Sequence record: PP526941.1
Source of the DNA: Escherichia phage vB_EcoM_ECO78
Direction: 5' to 3' (one strand)
DNA: 64,000 nt
The notes under the pieces are model-generated. The model saw nothing but the letters and a program-made list of their open reading frames with translations, was not told the DNA's origin and made no database searches. The translations under genes were made by a program, and so were the position numbers. Positions within the stretch are counted from its first letter, which is position 1, and each line of letters starts with the position of its first letter. Of the stretch, positions 55,471 through 64,000 are shown in pieces.

Positions 55471-57050
55471 GTAATAATACATATCAACACGTTTCTAATG
55501 AATCTCGTTATGTAAAATTTGATCCTACCGATACGAATTTTCCACCAGAGATTACTGATGTTCAGGCTGCTATAGCAGCCATTTCTCCTGCTGGCGTAAA
55601 TGGAGTTCCTGATGCATCGTCAACAACAAAGGGAATTTTATTTCTTGCCACTGAACAGGAAGTTATAGATGGAACTAATAATACCAAAGCAGTTACACCA
55701 GCAACGTTGGCAACAAGATTATCATATCCAAACGCAACTGAAACTGTTTACGGATTAACAAGATATTCAACCAATGATGAAGCCATTGCCGGAGTTAATA
55801 ATGAATCTTCTATAACTCCAGCTAAATTTACTGTTGCTCTTAATAATGCTTTTGAAACGCGAGTTTCAACTGAATCCTCGAATGGTGTTATTAAAATTTC
55901 ATCTCTACCGCAAGCATTAGCTGGCGCAGATGATACTACTGCAATGACTCCATTAAAAACACAGCAGTTAGCTATTAAATTAATTGCGCAAATTGCTCCT
56001 TCTGAAACTACGGCTACAGAGTCTGACCAGGGTGTTGTTCAATTAGCAACAGTAGCACAGGTTCGTCAGGGAACTTTAAGAGAAGGCTATGCAATTTCTC
56101 CTTATACGTTTATGAATTCATCTGCTACTGAAGAATATAAAGGCGTAATTAAATTAGGAACACAGTCAGAAGTTAACTCAAATAATGCTTCTGTTGCGGT
56201 TACTGGCGCAACTCTTAATGGTCGTGGTTCTACAACGTCAATGAGAGGCGTAGTTAGATTAACAACAACGGCTGGTTCACAGAGTGGAGGCGATGCTTCA
56301 TCAGCCTTAGCTTGGAATGCTGATGTTATCCACCAAAGAGGCGGTCAAACTATTAATGGAACACTTCGCATTAATAACACACTTACAATAGCTTCAGGTG
56401 GAGCAAATATTACCGGAACAGTTAACATGACTGGCGGTTATATTCAAGGTAAGCGTGTCGTAACACAAAATGAAATTGATAGAACTATTCCTGTCGGAGC
56501 TATTATGATGTGGGCCGCTGATAGTCTTCCTAGTGATGCTTGGCGTTTTTGCCACGGTGGAACCGTTTCAGCGTCAGATTGTCCATTATATGCTTCTAGA
56601 ATTGGAACAAGATATGGCGGAAGCTCATCAAATCCTGGATTGCCTGACATGCGTGGTCTTTTTGTTCGTGGCTCTGGTCGTGGCTCTCACTTAACAAATC
56701 CAAATGTTAATGGTAATGACCAATTTGGTAAGCCTAGATTAGGTGTAGGTTGTACTGGTGGATATGTTGGTGAAGTACAAAAACAACAGATGTCTTATCA
56801 TAAACATGCTGGTGGATTTGGTGAATGGGATGATTCTGGGGCATTCGGTAATACCCGTAGATCAAATTTTGTTGGTACACGTAAAGGACTTGACTGGGAT
56901 AACCGTTCATACTTCACCAATGATGGATATGAAATTGACCCAGCATCACAACGAAATTCCAGATATACGTTAAATCGTCCCGAATTAATTGGAAATGAAA
57001 CACGTCCATGGAATATTTCTTTAAACTACATAATTAAGGTAAAAGAATGA
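55467..57050 (+). CDS. 12: Short tail fibre protein gp12
   Basis: 527 aa, same length as T4 gp12; Ser/Thr/Gly-rich fibrous sequence. Confidence 0.85.
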   Translation: MSNNTYQHVSNESRYVKFDPTDTNFPPEITDVQAAIAAISPAGVNGVPDASSTTKGILFLATEQEVIDGTNNTKAVTPATLATRLSYPNATETVYGLTRYSTNDEAIAGVNNESSITPAKFTVALNNAFETRVSTESSNGVIKISSLPQALAGADDTTAMTPLKTQQLAIKLIAQIAPSETTATESDQGVVQLATVAQVRQGTLREGYAISPYTFMNSSATEEYKGVIKLGTQSEVNSNNASVAVTGATLNGRGSTTSMRGVVRLTTTAGSQSGGDASSALAWNADVIHQRGGQTINGTLRINNTLTIASGGANITGTVNMTGGYIQGKRVVTQNEIDRTIPVGAIMMWAADSLPSDAWRFCHGGTVSASDCPLYASRIGTRYGGSSSNPGLPDMRGLFVRGSGRGSHLTNPNVNGNDQFGKPRLGVGCTGGYVGEVQKQQMSYHKHAGGFGEWDDSGAFGNTRRSNFVGTRKGLDWDNRSYFTNDGYEIDPASQRNSRYTLNRPELIGNETRPWNISLNYIIKVKE

Positions 57051-58510
57051 CAGATATTGTACTGAATGACTTACCATTCGTTGACGGCCCTCCTGCAGAG
57101 GGCCAGAGCCGCATTTCCTGGATTAAAAACGGCGAAGAAATTTTAGGAGCTGACACACAGTATGGAAGTGAAGGCTCAATGAATAGGCCTACAGTTTCTG
57201 TATTAAGAAATGTTGAAGTTCTCGATAAAAACATTGGAATACTTAAAACATCTTTAGAAACTGCAAATAGTGATATTAAAACAATTCAGGGCATCTTAGA
57301 TGTATCTGGTGATATTGAAGCTTTGGCCCAAATAGGTATCAATAAAAAGGATATTTCTGACCTCAAAACGCTAACCAGTGAACATACAGAAATATTAAAT
57401 GGTACTAATAATACGGTTGACAGTATTCTTGCCGATATTGGTCCATTTAACGCCGAGGCCAACTCTGTATACAGAACGATCAGAAATGATTTACTGTGGA
57501 TAAAGCGTGAACTTGGACAATACACTGGTCAAGATATTAATGGTCTTCCTGTTGTAGGAAATCCTAGTAGTGGAATGAAGCATCGCATTATTAATAATAC
57601 TGATGTCATTACTTCACAGGGAATACGTTTAAGCGAATTAGAAACAAAATTTATTGAATCTGATGTAGGTTCTTTGACTATTGAAGTTGGTAATCTTCGT
57701 GAAGAGCTTGGACCGAAACCGCCATCATTTTCACAGAACGTTTATAGTCGTTTAAATGAAATTGACACTAAACAGACAACATTTGAATCTGACATTAGTA
57801 CTATTAAGACCTCAATAGGATATCCAGGAAATAATTCGATTATCACGAGTGTTAATACAAACACTGATAATATTGCATCTATTAATTTAGAGCTAAATCA
57901 AAGTGGAGGTATTAAACAACGTTTAACCGTTATTGAAACTTCTATTGGTTCAGACGATATTCCTTCGAGTATTAAAGGCCAAATTAAAGATAATACAACT
58001 TCAATCGAATCTTTAAATGGAATCGTCGGTGAAAACACTTCATCTGGTTTAAGAGCGAATGTTTCGTGGTTAAACCAAATTGTTGGAACTGATTCTAGCG
58101 GTGGACAACCTTCTCCTCCTGGGTCTCTTTTAAACCGAGTTTCTACAATTGAAACTTCTGTTTCAGGCTTGAATAATGATGTTCAAAACCTACAAGTAGA
58201 GATTGGTAATAACAGCACAGGAATTAAAGGGCAAGTTGTAGCGTTAAATACTTTAGTAAATGGAACTAATCCAAACGGTTCAACTGTTGAAGAACGCGGA
58301 TTAACCAATTCAATAAAAGCTAACGAAACTAACATTGCATCAGTTACACAAGAAGTGAATACAGCTAAAGGCAATATATCTTCTTTACAAGGCGATGTTC
58401 AAGCTCTCCAAGAAGCCGGTTATATTCCTGAAGCTCCAAGAGATGGGCAAGCTTACGTTCGTAAAGACGGCGAATGGGTATTGCTTTCTACCTTTTTATC
58501 ACCAGCATAA
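57047..58510 (+). CDS. wac: Fibritin (whisker antigen control, neck whiskers)
   Basis: 487 aa; long heptad coiled coil; C-terminal foldon [27 protein letters not shown]. Confidence 0.9.
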   Translation: MTDIVLNDLPFVDGPPAEGQSRISWIKNGEEILGADTQYGSEGSMNRPTVSVLRNVEVLDKNIGILKTSLETANSDIKTIQGILDVSGDIEALAQIGINKKDISDLKTLTSEHTEILNGTNNTVDSILADIGPFNAEANSVYRTIRNDLLWIKRELGQYTGQDINGLPVVGNPSSGMKHRIINNTDVITSQGIRLSELETKFIESDVGSLTIEVGNLREELGPKPPSFSQNVYSRLNEIDTKQTTFESDISTIKTSIGYPGNNSIITSVNTNTDNIASINLELNQSGGIKQRLTVIETSIGSDDIPSSIKGQIKDNTTSIESLNGIVGENTSSGLRANVSWLNQIVGTDSSGGQPSPPGSLLNRVSTIETSVSGLNNDVQNLQVEIGNNSTGIKGQVVALNTLVNGTNPNGSTVEERGLTNSIKANETNIASVTQEVNTAKGNISSLQGDVQALQEAGYIPEAPRDGQAYVRKDGEWVLLSTFLSPA

Positions 58511-58513
58511 CAT

Positions 58514-58529
58514 GGGGCCGCAAGGCCCC
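58514..58529 (+). terminator. Stem-loop GGGGCC-GCAA-GGCCCC after wac (hairpin, weak terminator)
   Basis: 6-bp GC stem with GCAA tetraloop; no U-tract. Confidence 0.4.
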
Positions 58530-58541
58530 AAAGGATTTTAA

Positions 58542-60243
<1,702 letters not shown>

Positions 60244-60284
60244 TAAATATTATAAACTAATTAAAGCCCAGATTAGGAGAAATC

Positions 60285-63422
<3,138 letters not shown>

Positions 63423-63453
63423 ATATATTAAAGCATATTAAAGAGGATTAAAA

Positions 63454-64000
63454 ATGACTTTATTATCTCCGGGCATTGAGCTCAAAGAAACTACGGTTCA
63501 AAGCACCGTGGTTAATAACTCTACTGGTACAGCAGCTTTGGCCGGTAAATTCCAGTGGGGTCCTGCTTTTCAGATTAAACAGGTTACAAATGAAGTAGAT
63601 TTAGTTAACACTTTTGGTCAACCAACCGCTGAAACTGCTGACTATTTTATGTCTGCGATGAATTTCTTGCAGTACGGAAATGACTTACGAGTAGTTCGTG
63701 CTGTTGATAGAGATACCGCTAAAAACTCATCGCCAATTGCTGGTAATATTGAATACACAATTTCTACCCCAGGTAGTAACTATGCGGTTGGAGATAAAAT
63801 CACGGTCAAATATGTTTCAGAAGATGTTGAAACAGAATGTAAAGTTACCGAAGTAGATGCTGATGGAAAAATTAAGAAAATTAATATTCCTACCGCAAAA
63901 ATTATCGCTAAAGCTAAAGAAGTCGGTGAATATCCAGAATTAGGTTCTAACTGGACTGCGGAAATTTCTTCGTCTTCCTCTGGTTTAGCTGCAGTAATAA
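63454..64000 (+). CDS. 18: Tail sheath protein gp18, N-terminal part; gene runs off the window end
   Basis: ATG at 63454 with SD AAGAGGA; open frame to window end; position after gene 17. Confidence 0.8.
   Translation, partial: MTLLSPGIELKETTVQSTVVNNSTGTAALAGKFQWGPAFQIKQVTNEVDLVNTFGQPTAETADYFMSAMNFLQYGNDLRVVRAVDRDTAKNSSPIAGNIEYTISTPGSNYAVGDKITVKYVSEDVETECKVTEVDADGKIKKINIPTAKIIAKAKEVGEYPELGSNWTAEISSSSSGLAAVI

Noticed and set aside
60244-60284. Late promoter upstream of gene 15
   Set aside because: Sequence AATAAATATTATAAAC has no exact TATAAATA; not called.

Overview
This 64-kb window is a contiguous segment of a T4-like (T-even) myovirus genome, collinear with the phage T4 map from gene 46 through the start of gene 18. 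It is not T4 itself: nrdG abuts an intron-less nrdD with no mobE between them, no segC-like gene follows 5.1, and the tRNA and internal-protein complements differ. Positions 1-42818 are a densely packed minus-strand early/middle region: gp46/gp47 recombination nuclease, a-gt, gp55, anaerobic RNR nrdD/nrdG/nrdH, endonuclease VII, nrdC, a long block of accessory ORFs, rI, tk, regB, a GrcA-like gene, denV, lysozyme e, nudE, internal-protein genes, a 10-tRNA cluster with putative stable RNAs, Acb1 (57B), 57A, dNMP kinase and genes 3, 2, 4. Positions 42866-64000 are plus-strand late structural genes: 53, 5, 5.1, 5.4, 6-12, wac, 13-15, terminase 16/17 and the start of 18. Regulatory signals are recurrent: early promoters of the form GTTTAC - 18 nt - TAnnnT with a conserved initial transcribed block, TATAAATA late promoters, and a family of UUCG/GAAA-tetraloop hairpins. 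All gene names come from motifs read in the translations, synteny and recall of T4; no database search was run. Start codons were refined by eye (SD spacing, ATGA-type overlaps); several ORFs in the supplied track begin at non-ATG codons upstream of the likely true start. I found no single proven novel system. The best candidates are a tandem array of four paralogous coiled-coil-tailed proteins, an adjacent P-loop ATPase plus nucleotidyltransferase-fold pair, a macro-domain protein, five dispersed capsid-targeting-sequence (internal protein) genes, and a mosaic GrcA-like gene with host-like codon usage.
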